Origin: Tateyamaria sp.
GTDB taxonomy: Bacteria > Pseudomonadota > Alphaproteobacteria > Rhodobacterales > Rhodobacteraceae
Assembly: GCF_039945315.1 (NCBI RefSeq)
Contig: NZ_JBDUXB010000049.1
Location: forward strand, 21,891 to 85,890
Direction: 5' to 3'
Length of the DNA stretch: 64,000 bases
Below, piece after piece: positions 49,018 to 57,815 of the stretch (the first letter of the stretch is position 1; each line of letters begins with the position of its first letter). The position numbers were made by a program, and so were the translations under genes. The notes below the pieces were generated by a model that was given only the letters and a program-made list of their open reading frames with translations, made no database searches and had not been told where the DNA came from.

Positions 49018-50169
49018 TCAGCCTTTGACGGCCCCCGCCGTAAGCCCGCTCACGATCTGGCGCTGGAACACCATCACCAGCAAGAACAAAGGCGCTGTGA
49101 TCGACACCGCCGCCGCCACCGCCTCGACCTGATCTGTTGTTGTGGTTTCACGGTTGAAGTAGCCCGCGATGGCCGGAACCATCGTCTGGTTCTGCGCATC
49201 CAGAAGCAGCGAGGTCACAAGGAAGTCGTTGTAGCCCAAGAGGAATGAGAACAGGCCCGTTGTGATTACCCCCGGCCACATGACCGGCATGATAACGCGG
49301 CGGAAGGCCTGGAAGTGGCTGCACCCATCCACCCGGGCGGCCTCATCTAGTTCGGAAGGAATGTTCTGGAAGAAGCTGCGCAGCATCCAGATCGTGAACG
49401 GTTGGTTGATGGACACAAGCACCGCGATCACCGCCCACGGTTGCCCGTAGAGCGTCGGCGAGAGGTCCCCAAAGATGGGCCGCAGGATTTCAGCGGAATT
49501 GATGAACCACGGCAGGTACCCCGCCACCAGAACCGAATGCGGCAGTGCGCGGAAAACAAGAGCGAGGATCAAAAGCCAAAAGGCAAGGTTCGAACCCGAA
49601 CGCGCCAACCCGTAGCCTGCCAGCGTACCCACGGTCAAAGAGATGAGAACCACACCAGCCGTCACAATCATCGAGTTCATAAAGTTGCGGTAGAACTGGT
49701 TTTCGCCCCAGACAGCCTGATAGTGTTCGGTCGTAAGCCCAATGATCGGCTCGCCAATGGGTCCTAGGATCGAATTGATCACCCCGAATACCGGCGGCAA
49801 TATCCCAAAAAAGATCAGCACGAATGCGAGGCCAAAGACGGCCGCGCCGACCAGCCATCCCACAACGATCAGCCCCGGACGAGAGAACCGCTCAACCAGT
49901 TTTGGCAGGCCCGTAAAGGCCCAGCGGATCGCAAAGAACAGAAATGCCAGCCCCAGCACGATGTCGATGATCGACAGCCCGTTGCCCGCGGCCCGGGTCG
50001 CAGGCCCGGTTATGACGTCCCAAGCGCTCGCCGCAAAGGCGTCGCGCGGGGATTTGACGCTCATCACCGCGATCCACACGATTGGGAAGGCCGCCAGCAA
50101 GCACCAGAAGGCGAGGAATGCGCCCGATGCAACTTTGAGCGAAAGCGGTTGTGCGGTTGCCTTCGACAT
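49018..50169 (-). CDS. carbohydrate-type (CUT1) ABC transporter permease with extra-TM insertion
   Basis: MalG-like core (EAARVDGCS EAA loop). 383 aa, about 100 aa longer than usual. Confidence 0.85.
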   Translation of the reverse strand: MSKATAQPLSLKVASGAFLAFWCLLAAFPIVWIAVMSVKSPRDAFAASAWDVITGPATRAAGNGLSIIDIVLGLAFLFFAIRWAFTGLPKLVERFSRPGLIVVGWLVGAAVFGLAFVLIFFGILPPVFGVINSILGPIGEPIIGLTTEHYQAVWGENQFYRNFMNSMIVTAGVVLISLTVGTLAGYGLARSGSNLAFWLLILALVFRALPHSVLVAGYLPWFINSAEILRPIFGDLSPTLYGQPWAVIAVLVSINQPFTIWMLRSFFQNIPSELDEAARVDGCSHFQAFRRVIMPVMWPGVITTGLFSFLLGYNDFLVTSLLLDAQNQTMVPAIAGYFNRETTTTDQVEAVAAAVSITAPLFLLVMVFQRQIVSGLTAGAVKG

Positions 50170-51197
50170 CAGTGTGCCCCCCCTTTGTGGTCACGCCATG
50201 TGCGGCGCAACGGCAGGATCAACAGAACAACGATCCCAATCATGGTCAGCATGGCCGAGGCCGACGCCCGGCTAATCGCACGGTTGCCCGCATCATCCGG
50301 CACCATGAAATCGTAGGTGAGCCACTGCAGCGAAATCACGTGCGCCTGAGAGCGGAAGCCGACGATTTCTTCGAACGTCCGGTAGCAGTCCATAAGGTGG
50401 ATCAGCGCAATAAAGATGATCAGCGGCATCAGGTGCGGCACGATCACATAGCGAAGACGTTCGAACCGGCTGGCTCCGTCGATGATCGCGGATTCCAGCG
50501 TGTCCATATTCACGGTTTGCAGGCCCGCATAGAAGATCACGAAAGCAAAGGGCGCCACGTGCCAGACGCGGTAAAAGTACATCAGGAGTTCAATTGTCCA
50601 AGCCTGAGCGAACATCGCAATGTCCTGCCCGGTCCAGCGTTCCAGCGTTGCCGTAAGGATGCCGTCGCCCACGAAAAGCCAGTAGATCGACAGTGACCCA
50701 ATCACCGGCGTGATGATAAAGGGCAGAAGGGAGACGAAGATTATGGGGCCCTTGAATGCCTTGGCTGCATTGTTGACCGCCAGCGCAATCATCAGCCCTA
50801 CACCGATGACCAAAGGCAGTGTCAGCAGCGTGAACATCAGGGTGAAACGCAGCGCCTTCCAGAAGTCGATCTGCAGAATGTCACCGACAGCTCCGCTGCT
50901 AATCGCCTCCCAAACCTTGTCCATTTGCAGCACGTTGGCATAGCTCTGAAAACCAACCCACGAGGTTGTCGTGATCGTCTTGCCTGTCTCTTCGTCGATC
51001 GTTGGCACTGTTTTCATTTCAGTGGTGCAGGTCTGGGTCAGGAACCCGGGCGTGCAGGTTTCCACCTCGATCTGTTGCATGACCGGTTGGGTCACCTGAA
51101 AGGACTGGATGAACACCGAAACCAGTGGCGCTGCGATAAAGAGCAGCATCATGAATACCGACGGCGCGACGAACCAGAAGAAAGTCTTAAACTTCAT
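50169..51197 (-). CDS. carbohydrate-type (CUT1) ABC transporter permease (MalF-like)
   Basis: Start at MKFKTFFWFVAP (AAAGGA upstream), EAA-like loop ESAIIDGASRF. TGATG overlap with the next permease. Confidence 0.85.
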   Translation of the reverse strand: MKFKTFFWFVAPSVFMMLLFIAAPLVSVFIQSFQVTQPVMQQIEVETCTPGFLTQTCTTEMKTVPTIDEETGKTITTTSWVGFQSYANVLQMDKVWEAISSGAVGDILQIDFWKALRFTLMFTLLTLPLVIGVGLMIALAVNNAAKAFKGPIIFVSLLPFIITPVIGSLSIYWLFVGDGILTATLERWTGQDIAMFAQAWTIELLMYFYRVWHVAPFAFVIFYAGLQTVNMDTLESAIIDGASRFERLRYVIVPHLMPLIIFIALIHLMDCYRTFEEIVGFRSQAHVISLQWLTYDFMVPDDAGNRAISRASASAMLTMIGIVVLLILPLRRTWRDHKGGAH

Positions 51198-51427
51198 GTT
51201 GCAGTCCTTTCGTGGGTGGCAGCGGCCATTGGGCCCCCGATCTGCCAGCCGTTCATCATGGATGCGCCATTGGTGTTGGCGCCAAAGGTTGCTCTTGGTC
51301 GACGCGGATGCCGCAATCGGGCCGGCGGCATTCCCGCCAGTGCGCCCGGTTGTTCGGCAAGACGCGCAGCAACCGCGCATCCAGCAGAGCCACCGCCCAC
51401 AACGATATGATCGAATTCAGTTTGCAT
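51194..51427 (-). pseudogene. relic of a GMC-family FAD oxidoreductase (N-terminal 77 codons only)
   Basis: MQTEFDHIVVGGGSAGCAVAARLAE is the GMC-type Rossmann FAD motif. Recognisable similarity then ends, and the stop overlaps the permease ATG. Confidence 0.6.
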
Positions 51428-51445
51428 GACATCCCAGTGTTTGGA

Positions 51446-51476
51446 TTGGCTGGCCGGGAACGCCCCGGCCAGCCAA
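51446..51476 (-). other. perfect 13-bp GC-rich intercistronic stem-loop after the binding-protein gene
   Basis: TTGGCTGGCCGGG-AACGC-CCCGGCCAGCCAA, starting 10 nt after the SBP stop codon. No U-tract. Confidence 0.7.
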
Positions 51477-51485
51477 GTAAGTGGC

Positions 51486-52706
51486 TTACTTCAGCACACC
51501 GGCCTCTTTGGCCGCGGTAGCGTAGGATTCCTCAATCGCGACGAGCGTGGCTGCTGCGTCACGTTCCCCTGTCAGGAATGCAGGCAGTTCGTTCCCAAGC
51601 GCCGTGTGCATCAGACCCATTTGAGTGGTCGACGGGTAAGGCGGAGCCGCGGGAGACGCGGTGGCCGTTGCAATCGCACCTGCGGCCAGAGGACCGGGCT
51701 CATAGCCTTTGACCAGCCAGATCGCGGCTCCGTTGTTGGCCTTGACCATTTCCTCGTCCAGACCTTCCATCGCCAGACGGAAAGCAGCGTCAGCTTCCTC
51801 ATCGGTGATGTTCGCCGCGATCACAATGCCGTCCCACCACAGTGTGGTGGCAGGTGCGCCGCCCTCCATGGCAAGCGGTGCGGCAGCCATTTTGACTTTG
51901 CCTACAACTGTACTTTCGGCTTCGTCATCCATGGCGGCGCCACGGCTCGCCCAGAGGTTCGACATGGCAATTTTGCCCTGTTGGAACTGCTGTTGCACGT
52001 AAGTTGAGTCGCTAACCAGCACCTCTGGATCGGCGTATGGAAGCGTTTTCGCCAATGTTTCCAGGGCCTTCACACCCGCCTCGGAGTTCACCGCGGCAGA
52101 GTTGTCTGCGTTGAAGAACGCACCACCAAAGGCCGGGTACATGTTCACGAATTCCTGCGCGAGGTTCCAGCCCGATTTCATCGTGGCACCGATGGCGTGG
52201 TCCACAACACCGGCCTCTTTGATAGTTTCGGCGGCGGCAAACACTTCGTCCCATGTGGTGGGCACTTCAAGACCGAGATCGTTGAAGATGTCTTCGCGGT
52301 ACATCAGGTGCTGGGTGTTGACCATCATGGCAATCGCCATAGTCTTGCCGTCAACTTTGATCAGCTGGTTGGGCGACAGGTTCTGACCGTATTTTGCGAC
52401 CAGATCGTCCAGCGGGCGGATCGTGCCAGCGTTCAGCAACGGTGTGACGGTGCCGTTGGATACGCCACCGATGTGATAAAGTGATGGGTTCGCTTCGAAG
52501 GCGGCAGGCTGCTTGGTGCGGAATTCCTGATCAAGCTCGGCCTGAAAATTCCCGCACTCGGCCATGGCGTCTGTGACGGCTTTCCACGCTTCAAATCCAG
52601 CGCTCAGCGATTTCAGCGGCACCGTGTTTTCGTAAGAGCACGCCGCGAACGCGGATGTGCCCATAAGCGAGACAGCGCCCGCCAGTGCCAGTTTCTTAAG
52701 ATACAT
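51486..52706 (-). CDS. ABC transporter substrate-binding protein (family 1, sugar-type)
   Basis: Start at MYLKKLALAGAVSLMGTSAFA (signal peptide, AGGGAG upstream). About 406 aa with an SBP fold. Confidence 0.85.
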   Translation of the reverse strand: MYLKKLALAGAVSLMGTSAFAACSYENTVPLKSLSAGFEAWKAVTDAMAECGNFQAELDQEFRTKQPAAFEANPSLYHIGGVSNGTVTPLLNAGTIRPLDDLVAKYGQNLSPNQLIKVDGKTMAIAMMVNTQHLMYREDIFNDLGLEVPTTWDEVFAAAETIKEAGVVDHAIGATMKSGWNLAQEFVNMYPAFGGAFFNADNSAAVNSEAGVKALETLAKTLPYADPEVLVSDSTYVQQQFQQGKIAMSNLWASRGAAMDDEAESTVVGKVKMAAAPLAMEGGAPATTLWWDGIVIAANITDEEADAAFRLAMEGLDEEMVKANNGAAIWLVKGYEPGPLAAGAIATATASPAAPPYPSTTQMGLMHTALGNELPAFLTGERDAAATLVAIEESYATAAKEAGVLK

Positions 52707-52808
52707 GTGCAAACTCCCTGTTGCGTTTTTTGTCAGTGCACCTTGCAAGCCTGCACCAACTTGGATTGCCCGATGCCCGGGTGCCCCCGGGGACAACGGG
52801 GTGTCATG

Positions 52809-53855
52809 TCAGCCGAGGCGTTCGCCTGACGTACTGTCAAATGCGTGACAGATCGTGTTCGGGATCGAGAAGGAGATCATGTCGCCTATCTCTGCCCGGA
52901 ATTCTTTGTGCGCCTTGACCGAAACCAATTGTCCGCCCGCACGGACCGTCAGCATGGTCGCATCACCCAGAAGTTCGATTGTGTAGATCGGGGCGTTGAT
53001 CTGGCCGTCGGCTTCAGCCAATGCAGCGTCTTCGGCACGGAACCCCAAGGTGACAGGCCCGTCGGGCACGCCAAGGCCGCCGATCTTGACCTTGTCGCCG
53101 GTAAATGTACCGCCCGCCATTGTGCCGTCCATCAGGTTCATCGCAGGTGAGCCGATAAAGCTTGCTACGAAAGTGTTGGCCGGGTTGTCGTAGATTTCAG
53201 TTGGGGTGCCCACTTGTTGGACCTTGCCCTGTTTCATCACCACGACGCGGTCAGCCAATGTCATTGCTTCGATTTGGTCGTGGGTCACGTAGACGGTTGT
53301 GACCTTCAACTCGTGGCTTAGGTTCTTGATCTGGGCGCGGGTGGAAACCCGCAGTTTGGCGTCCAGATTGGAGAGTGGTTCATCCATCAGGAACACGTTC
53401 GGCTCGCGCACAATCGCTCGGGCAAGAGCGACGCGCTGACGCTGACCACCAGAAAGTTCAGCGGGCTTGCGGTGCAGAAATTCATCGAGCTCAACCATTG
53501 CGGAGGCGCGGCGTACCCGCTCGTCATGCGTTGCGGGGTCTGCTTTTCGCACCTTCAACGGAAAGCGGATGTTTTCATAGACATTGAGGTGCGGGTAGAG
53601 CCCGTAGGATTGAAACACCATCGCCACGTCGCGGTCTTTTGGGTCCAGATCGTTGACCCGCTTGCCGTCGATCACGATGTCACCGTCTGTTGCGTCCTCT
53701 AGCCCCGCAATCATCCGCATCGTCGTGGTTTTTCCACAGCCTGAAGGACCCAGCAGTACGAGGAATTCCTGGTCCGCAATCGTGAGGTCGAAGTTGTCGA
53801 CCCCGACAAACGTACCCCAGCGCTTGTTGATGTTGCGTAGCTGAATTTCGGCCAT
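52809..53855 (-). CDS. ABC transporter ATP-binding protein (MalK/UgpC type)
   Basis: GPSGCGKTT, LSGGQRQRVALARA and FLMDEP, plus a C-terminal regulatory/TOBE domain. Start at MAEIQL (GAGGGA upstream). Confidence 0.92.
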   Translation of the reverse strand: MAEIQLRNINKRWGTFVGVDNFDLTIADQEFLVLLGPSGCGKTTTMRMIAGLEDATDGDIVIDGKRVNDLDPKDRDVAMVFQSYGLYPHLNVYENIRFPLKVRKADPATHDERVRRASAMVELDEFLHRKPAELSGGQRQRVALARAIVREPNVFLMDEPLSNLDAKLRVSTRAQIKNLSHELKVTTVYVTHDQIEAMTLADRVVVMKQGKVQQVGTPTEIYDNPANTFVASFIGSPAMNLMDGTMAGGTFTGDKVKIGGLGVPDGPVTLGFRAEDAALAEADGQINAPIYTIELLGDATMLTVRAGGQLVSVKAHKEFRAEIGDMISFSIPNTICHAFDSTSGERLG

Positions 53856-53919
53856 AATGATCCCTCGCGACAGCTTGATATCAAACGCTAGCCACCGCAC
53901 GTACGTCTTGGCAACAGTT

Positions 53920-53939
53920 TTTTGCACACGTGTGCAAAA
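53920..53939. promoter_or_regulatory. perfect 20-bp palindrome, candidate LacI-family operator
   Basis: TTTTGCACAC|GTGTGCAAAA, 65-84 nt upstream of the first gene (the ATPase) of the array that contains the LacI-family gene. Confidence 0.6.
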
Positions 53940-54013
53940 TAGTTAACCCAACGTCGCCAAAGCGATGGAATCGCGTGCTTTCACGGAATTCTGGAACGTT
54001 CGAAAATGTCTTT

Positions 54014-56170
54014 TCAGGCTGTATTCGTCGCCTGCAAACCGGCAACTGCCGCGCGAATCCCCTCAACGGAAGGCAGCGTGTCGCCATAAGCACGCCCCGT
54101 AGGAATAAAGCTGTCTTCGGCGGTGTAGCGCGCAATGTTTCGATGACCGGCCTCGAAAAGCGCGGTCATGACGCCTTCCGAGACTCCGCCAGAACGGCGC
54201 GTTTCATCGACGACAAGGATATGTTTACTGCCCTGCACAGCGTCCAGAAGACTGTCGATGGGCAGCGGTGCCAGCCAACGGAGATCAATCAGCCGCGCAC
54301 CAGGAATATCTACCTTTTCGGCGAGGTATCGGCCATTTGCAAAGGTCACAATGGCCAGATCGCCTTGGCCCTGCACACCGACCTCACCAACCTCAATACG
54401 TTGATCCAGATCGGGATAAGTGCGCATCCACGCGCCATCTCCGGACTGCACATCCCGCATCGGGTAAAGCGCAATGGGTTCCACAAAGACGCACAGACGG
54501 TTTTCTTCGCGCGCAAGGCGGTGGCACTCGCGCAGCATTTGGACGGCCTCTGCCCCGTCCGATGGACAGGCAAGGATCAGCCCCGGAATGTCGCGCAGCA
54601 CAGCAAGCGCATTGTCGTTGTGGAAATGACCGCCGAACCCTTTTTGATAACCAAGACCGGCGATACGCAGCACCATCGGATTGGCCCATTGCCCGTTGGA
54701 AAAGAACGGCAGGGTCGCCGCTTCGCCGCGTATCTGGTCCTCGGCGTTGTGCAGGTACGCAAGAAACTGGATTTCAGGCATCGGGACAAACCCGTTATGG
54801 GCCATCCCGATCGCAAGCCCGAGAATGGACTGTTCGTCCAAGAGTGTGTCGATCACACGGGACGTTCCAAACCGCGCAGACAGCTTTTGCGTGACGCCAT
54901 AGACCCCTCCCTTGCGCCCAACATCTTCGCCCATGATCACCGTTTCAGGATGGGCGAGCATTAAGTCGGTCAGCGCCCAATTGATCAGTTTCGACATTGG
55001 TTGTGGGCGGTCCATCTGGGCAAAGTCCGTCCCAAAGGCAGCAGTACGGGCCGAGGCGTCCGGACCATTTGTCAAAGAAGCGGCCCGCGCAGGAGGCACG
55101 ATGGCGGACATCACCGCCTCTGCCCCTTTTAGGGGTGGGGAATCGGCAATCTGCGAGGCCTCATCTCGGGTGCGGGCAAGGGCGCCCGTGTAAATAGCAA
55201 GGACAGCATCGGGCTCCATCCCTTGAGCGACCAGCCCAGCCGCTGTGTGCAACAGTGGATCGTTAGCCTCATCCGCCTCGACTTCTGCGCGCGGCAAATA
55301 GCTTGTCGCCACATCGGCACCGGCATGTCCATACAAGCGCACGGTGCGCAGATGCAGGACGGCGGGTTTTCGTGTACGACGCACATAGTCTGCGGCCTCG
55401 GATGCAGCCGCATAGGCATCCCACATATTGCAACCATCACCGCTGAAATACGTCAGCCCCGGACGGTGCGCGAGGCTGCTCTCGACCCAGCCTGTCGGGG
55501 TCTTGGTCGAAATCCCAATTCCGTTGTCTTCGCAGATGAACAACAAGGGCAAGGGAGCGCCCTGTACACTGGTCCAGCCTGCCGCGTTGATCGCGCCTTG
55601 CGCCGTTGAGTGGTTGAGCGAGGCATCCCCAAAACTCGCGACGGCGATCGTATCGTCTGGAAGGATCGCCAGTTCGGGACGATTACGGCGGGCTAACGCG
55701 ATGCCATAGGCCGCACCAACGGCCTTGGGCAGGTGACTGGCAATTGTCGAGGTCTGCGGCGGAATGAAAAGATCGCGGCTTCCCAGCACCTTGTGACGCC
55801 CGCCGCTGGTGGGATCACTTGCGGCGCAGGCATAGCTGAGCAGCATATCGCGACAGGCGTCCTGCCCGGCCTTGGCTGCTCGGGCCACCTGAAACGCGCC
55901 ATCCCGGTAATGCAGAAACGCGATGTCATCCACGCGCAGCGCATGGGCAACCGCCGCCATGCCCTCGTGCCCGGACGAGCCGATGGTGTAAAACCCCTGA
56001 CCCGCTTTCTGCATTTCACGGCTCACAATATCCAGCGCACGGGTCAGGCATTGGTGTTCGAACAGACGATGCGCGGTCTCGGCGTCCAGCCCGTGCGGCG
56101 TGACCTCGGGCAGGTCACGCGCTGCCACCTGTCTCAGGAAGTTATCGTGAACGATCGAAACGCGGTCCAT
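54014..56170 (-). CDS. TPP-dependent 2-oxoacid dehydrogenase E1 component, fused alpha-beta subunits
   Basis: 718 aa. The N-terminal half is E1-alpha (GDASLNHSTAQGAIN, ICEDNGIGIST). The C-terminal half is E1-beta/transketolase-like. Confidence 0.8.
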   Translation of the reverse strand: MDRVSIVHDNFLRQVAARDLPEVTPHGLDAETAHRLFEHQCLTRALDIVSREMQKAGQGFYTIGSSGHEGMAAVAHALRVDDIAFLHYRDGAFQVARAAKAGQDACRDMLLSYACAASDPTSGGRHKVLGSRDLFIPPQTSTIASHLPKAVGAAYGIALARRNRPELAILPDDTIAVASFGDASLNHSTAQGAINAAGWTSVQGAPLPLLFICEDNGIGISTKTPTGWVESSLAHRPGLTYFSGDGCNMWDAYAAASEAADYVRRTRKPAVLHLRTVRLYGHAGADVATSYLPRAEVEADEANDPLLHTAAGLVAQGMEPDAVLAIYTGALARTRDEASQIADSPPLKGAEAVMSAIVPPARAASLTNGPDASARTAAFGTDFAQMDRPQPMSKLINWALTDLMLAHPETVIMGEDVGRKGGVYGVTQKLSARFGTSRVIDTLLDEQSILGLAIGMAHNGFVPMPEIQFLAYLHNAEDQIRGEAATLPFFSNGQWANPMVLRIAGLGYQKGFGGHFHNDNALAVLRDIPGLILACPSDGAEAVQMLRECHRLAREENRLCVFVEPIALYPMRDVQSGDGAWMRTYPDLDQRIEVGEVGVQGQGDLAIVTFANGRYLAEKVDIPGARLIDLRWLAPLPIDSLLDAVQGSKHILVVDETRRSGGVSEGVMTALFEAGHRNIARYTAEDSFIPTGRAYGDTLPSVEGIRAAVAGLQATNTA

Positions 56171-56218
56171 GCGGCCTCTGTCAGGATGTTTGATTTCGTT
56201 CCTCTGGCGGGTTTTTCA

Positions 56219-56254
56219 GAACAGAAAAGAACAAAACCCCAACCTTTTCTGTTC
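56219..56254. promoter_or_regulatory. perfect 11-bp inverted repeat upstream of the fused E1 gene
   Basis: GAACAGAAAAG-N14-CTTTTCTGTTC, 49-84 nt upstream of the E1 start (56170) and 41 nt downstream of the gcdH stop. Confidence 0.45.
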
Positions 56255-56294
56255 CCAATCACTCCTCCGGGGACAGACCGCCCCCGGCAATGGG

Positions 56295-57518
56295 TCAGAA
56301 AAAGGCCTGCAGCCCAGTTTGTGCACGACCCAAAATCAAGGCGTGCACGTCATGGGTGCCTTCATAGGTGTTGACGGTTTCAAGGTTCATCATGTGGCGC
56401 ATGACCTGAAACTCACCCGAAATCCCGTTTCCGCCGTGCATATCACGGGCGTTGCGCGCAATGTCGAGCGCCTTGCCGCAATTGTTGCGTTTGACGATGG
56501 AAATCATTTCTGGCGCAGCCTCGGCTGCGTCCATCAAACGACCCACCTGCAGCGAAGCCTGCAAGCCAAGCGCAATCTCCGTCTGCATGTCCGCCAGCTT
56601 TTTCTGGAACAGTTGGGTCTGAGCCAAAGGCTTGCCGAATTGCTTGCGGTCCAATCCGTATTGGCGCGCGGCGTGCCAGCAAAACTCGGCTGCCCCCATC
56701 GCCCCCCAGCTGATCCCGTAGCGGGCACGGTTCAGACAGCCAAAAGGCCCTTTGAGACCTTGAACATTCGGCAACAGTGCGTCCTCACCGACTTCAACAT
56801 CTTCCAACACAATCTCGCCGGTGATGGAGGCGCGCAAAGACAGTTTTTGTTCGATCTTTGGTGCGGACAGACCTTTTGCCCCTTTTTCGAGAACGAAACC
56901 CCGGATTTTTCCACCGTGTGCGTCGGACCTCGCCCAGATCACAAATACATCCGCAATGGGTGAATTCGATATCCACATCTTCGCGCCGTTCAACACATAG
57001 CCACCGTCTGTCTTTTTGGCATTTGTCTTCATGCCCGCCGGATCGGAGCCCGCGTCCGGTTCGGTCAGCCCAAAGCAGCCAATCCATTCTCCGCTCGCCA
57101 GCTTGGGCAGGTACTTGGTGCGCTGCGCTTCGGACCCGTAGGCATAGATGGGATACATCACGAGGCTCGATTGTACCGACATCATCGAACGATACCCGGA
57201 ATCGATCCGCTCGACCTCGCGCGCAACGAGGCCGTAGGACACATAAGATCCGCCTAGCCCTCCGTATTCCTCAGGCAGCGTTACTCCCAGTAGCCCCATT
57301 TCACCCATCTCGCGGAAAATGTCCGGGTCCGATGTCTCTTCGGCAAAGGCCTGAACGACCCGCGGTGCCAGTTTTTCCTGCGCATAGGCTGCAGCCGAGG
57401 CTTGGATCATCCGCTCATCTTCGCTGAGCTGTTCAGACAGGCGGAACGGATCTGCCCAGTCAAAGCTGCCCAGATCAGGGGCGTCCTTGGCTTTGAGTAT
57501 TTTGGCTTCTGCATTCAT
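56295..57518 (-). CDS. gcdH: glutaryl-CoA dehydrogenase
   Basis: [32 protein letters not shown] and [15 protein letters not shown]. Start at MNAEAK with AAGGAGAG upstream. The long track ORF is an artefactual extension. Confidence 0.9.
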   Translation of the reverse strand: MNAEAKILKAKDAPDLGSFDWADPFRLSEQLSEDERMIQASAAAYAQEKLAPRVVQAFAEETSDPDIFREMGEMGLLGVTLPEEYGGLGGSYVSYGLVAREVERIDSGYRSMMSVQSSLVMYPIYAYGSEAQRTKYLPKLASGEWIGCFGLTEPDAGSDPAGMKTNAKKTDGGYVLNGAKMWISNSPIADVFVIWARSDAHGGKIRGFVLEKGAKGLSAPKIEQKLSLRASITGEIVLEDVEVGEDALLPNVQGLKGPFGCLNRARYGISWGAMGAAEFCWHAARQYGLDRKQFGKPLAQTQLFQKKLADMQTEIALGLQASLQVGRLMDAAEAAPEMISIVKRNNCGKALDIARNARDMHGGNGISGEFQVMRHMMNLETVNTYEGTHDVHALILGRAQTGLQAFF

Positions 57519-57815
57519 CTGAACTCTCCTTTGCGGATATCGTGGCGCGCGGGCTATGCCATACTTGGGCACGACCTCTTCAGCACCTATGTGTTGTGCC
57601 GCGAACCGGTGTCCAATGGCAATGCGTACAAGCTTATTTTTTCGACAATACGCACGGTTCTCCATTTGGCGAACTCGGTGGGATACGATCTCGATTGGGC
57701 AAAAGTGCCAGATCCTCGACGCGCCGTTGCCCCATTTTCGCCGCAATAGCAGCCGATAAAACAGCCCTATGATTCTGACATTCGGGTGGGGCCGAAATGT
57801 AAAAGGAGTGCTGCC

